DNA of 64,000 nucleotides, from the NCBI GenBank assembly GCA_016784445.1, contig JADHUR010000002.1:31092-95091 (forward strand), given 5' to 3'. The translations under genes and the position numbers were made by a program. The DNA is from Patescibacteria group bacterium (GTDB lineage Bacteria > Patescibacteriota > Patescibacteriia > UBA1558). The number at the start of each line of letters is the position of its first letter. Positions within the stretch are counted from its first letter, which is position 1. Shown one piece after another: positions 62,889 to 64,000 of the stretch. A model generated the notes under the pieces. That model made no database searches, was not told the DNA's origin, and was given only the letters and a program-made list of their open reading frames with translations.

Positions 62889-63473
62889 TTATATGTTATA
62901 GTCTTCTTTTTTTAGAATATCTATTATATTTTGCATAGCTTCCTCTAATTTGTCTCTTTCATTCGTAATTACATAGTCATAGTGTGGCATTTCATTGTCT
63001 AATTCCTGTTTGGCAGACTGGAGACGTTTTTTTACATCTTCATCACTAATGGATTCATCTCGTCTTCTTAATCTTCTTTCAATTTCCTCAAGGCCACCCG
63101 GATCAATAAATATTGTTGTAGCATTATAATTTTCCTTATAGAATTTAGCACCAACAAGGTCTGGATTAATTATTATGTTCTTTCCCGCTTCAAGTTTTGT
63201 TTCTAAATCTTTTTTATAACTACCATAACAAGTGCCGGTACCTTCTAATTTGGTGTGTTCAAGAATATTTCCATTATCTATATGTTGTTGGAATTCTTCT
63301 GGACTGAAAAAATAATAATCTACTTTATCTTTTTCATTTAATCTGGGAGGTCTTGTGGTTGCTGTTATTAGTCTTGTGAATTTTGGATATAATTCTATTA
63401 ATTTATTTGTAATTGTACTTTCTCCCGCAGTTGTTGGACCTGCAATAACGAGAACTCTTTTTTCTTTTGTCAT
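62889..63473 (-). CDS. gmk: guanylate kinase
   Basis: P-loop GPTTAGEST and an ATTRPPR...YYF region of the guanylate kinase family. Confidence 0.8.
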   Translation of the reverse strand: MTKEKRVLVIAGPTTAGESTITNKLIELYPKFTRLITATTRPPRLNEKDKVDYYFFSPEEFQQHIDNGNILEHTKLEGTGTCYGSYKKDLETKLEAGKNIIINPDLVGAKFYKENYNATTIFIDPGGLEEIERRLRRRDESISDEDVKKRLQSAKQELDNEMPHYDYVITNERDKLEEAMQNIIDILKKEDYNI

Positions 63474-64000
63474 TTATTTTACTAAGGATGTTAATAGTTC
63501 TTCTAAGTCTTTTGGCAATTCAGAAGTGTATGAAACTCTATCTCCAGAGGGTAATGTAAATTCTAGCATACTAGCATGTAAAAACACTCTACCCAAATCA
63601 ATTGGATTCATTATATTCCTTGTTGTATATAGAGTGTCTCCAACTAGACTATGCCCAAGGGCTTGGAAATGTACTCTTATTTGATTCGTTCTTCCAGTAG
63701 ATATTTGAACTTTCAATAGACTATGATTAACATATCTTTGAATAATTTCAAAATGTGTTGATGCTCGTTTGCCGCCCTGCTCAATTGAGTGAGCTGCCAT
63801 TCTACCAGTATTCTTTGAACGACTGATTGGTAAATTAATCTCTCCTTCAACATCTTCAAAGTTTCCATAAGCAAGAGCGGTGTATTCCTTTTTTACTTTA
63901 CGAAGTTTAAATTCCATCCTTAAGTAATCTAACATATCTTGCGTTAAGGGAATAACCATCAGTCCTGAAACTTCTTTATCTAGTCTGTGCACGAGAGCTG
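63474..64000 (-). CDS. RluA-family pseudouridine synthase, partial (N-terminus beyond the window end)
   Basis: HRLDKEVSGLMVI catalytic-Asp motif; the reading frame is open to the window edge. Confidence 0.75.
   Translation of the reverse strand, partial: ALVHRLDKEVSGLMVIPLTQDMLDYLRMEFKLRKVKKEYTALAYGNFEDVEGEINLPISRSKNTGRMAAHSIEQGGKRASTHFEIIQRYVNHSLLKVQISTGRTNQIRVHFQALGHSLVGDTLYTTRNIMNPIDLGRVFLHASMLEFTLPSGDRVSYTSELPKDLEELLTSLVK

Overview
AT-rich bacterial chromosomal window, about one-third G+C by eye, densely packed with housekeeping genes. Identified by motif: rpoB-rpoC, ftsK, a RodZ-like gene, recA, a Wzx-like flippase plus a Wzy_C/O-antigen-ligase-like pair, bcp, yebC-ruvC, tyrS, a class A PBP, the dnaA-dnaN origin region with divergent rpmH-rnpA-yidD-yidC, bactofilin, a CsoR-family repressor followed by trxB-trxA, malic enzyme, rnhB, nusA, a membrane H+/Na+-pyrophosphatase, trigger factor, ssb, rplS, gmk and a partial RluA. 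RNA genes are nine tRNAs plus a 23S-5S rRNA pair with no 16S gene anywhere upstream in the window. The short YidC, unlinked rRNA, weak Shine-Dalgarno sequences and apparent leaderless transcripts resemble small-genome Patescibacteria/CPR-like bacteria, but this is inference only. The most unusual locus is 17.5-24.6 kb: a lipoprotein resembling an ABC-type solute-binding protein, translationally coupled to a head-to-tail array of nine paralogous small two-transmembrane proteins with the topology of a VirB2/TrbC-like pilin. Their N-terminal ectodomains are hypervariable and acidic. Their cores carry a conserved W-M-T-A-G-G-N motif and share mosaic blocks of 36-59 nt that are identical at nucleotide level, which suggests gene conversion. 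The first member carries a C-terminal domain with ten cysteines, and a GT-C-like polytopic membrane protein is encoded convergently downstream. Other notable items follow. A CsoR-family repressor with an atypical C-C-H ligand pattern has a perfect 17-bp GC-tract palindrome inside a consensus promoter and appears to control trxB-trxA on a leaderless mRNA. A roughly 250-nt structured non-coding region ends in a terminator. Paired 14-bp inverted repeats bracket a small gene between two tRNAs. Two G+C-elevated islands look foreign: a lipoprotein next to tRNA-Leu, and a two-gene membrane-protein cassette with its own consensus promoter. A Lys/Ala/Pro-rich H1-like protein is encoded by tandem 33-39-bp repeats. 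There are DnaA-box clusters on both sides of dnaA. No CRISPR array, diversity-generating retroelement or transposase was found.
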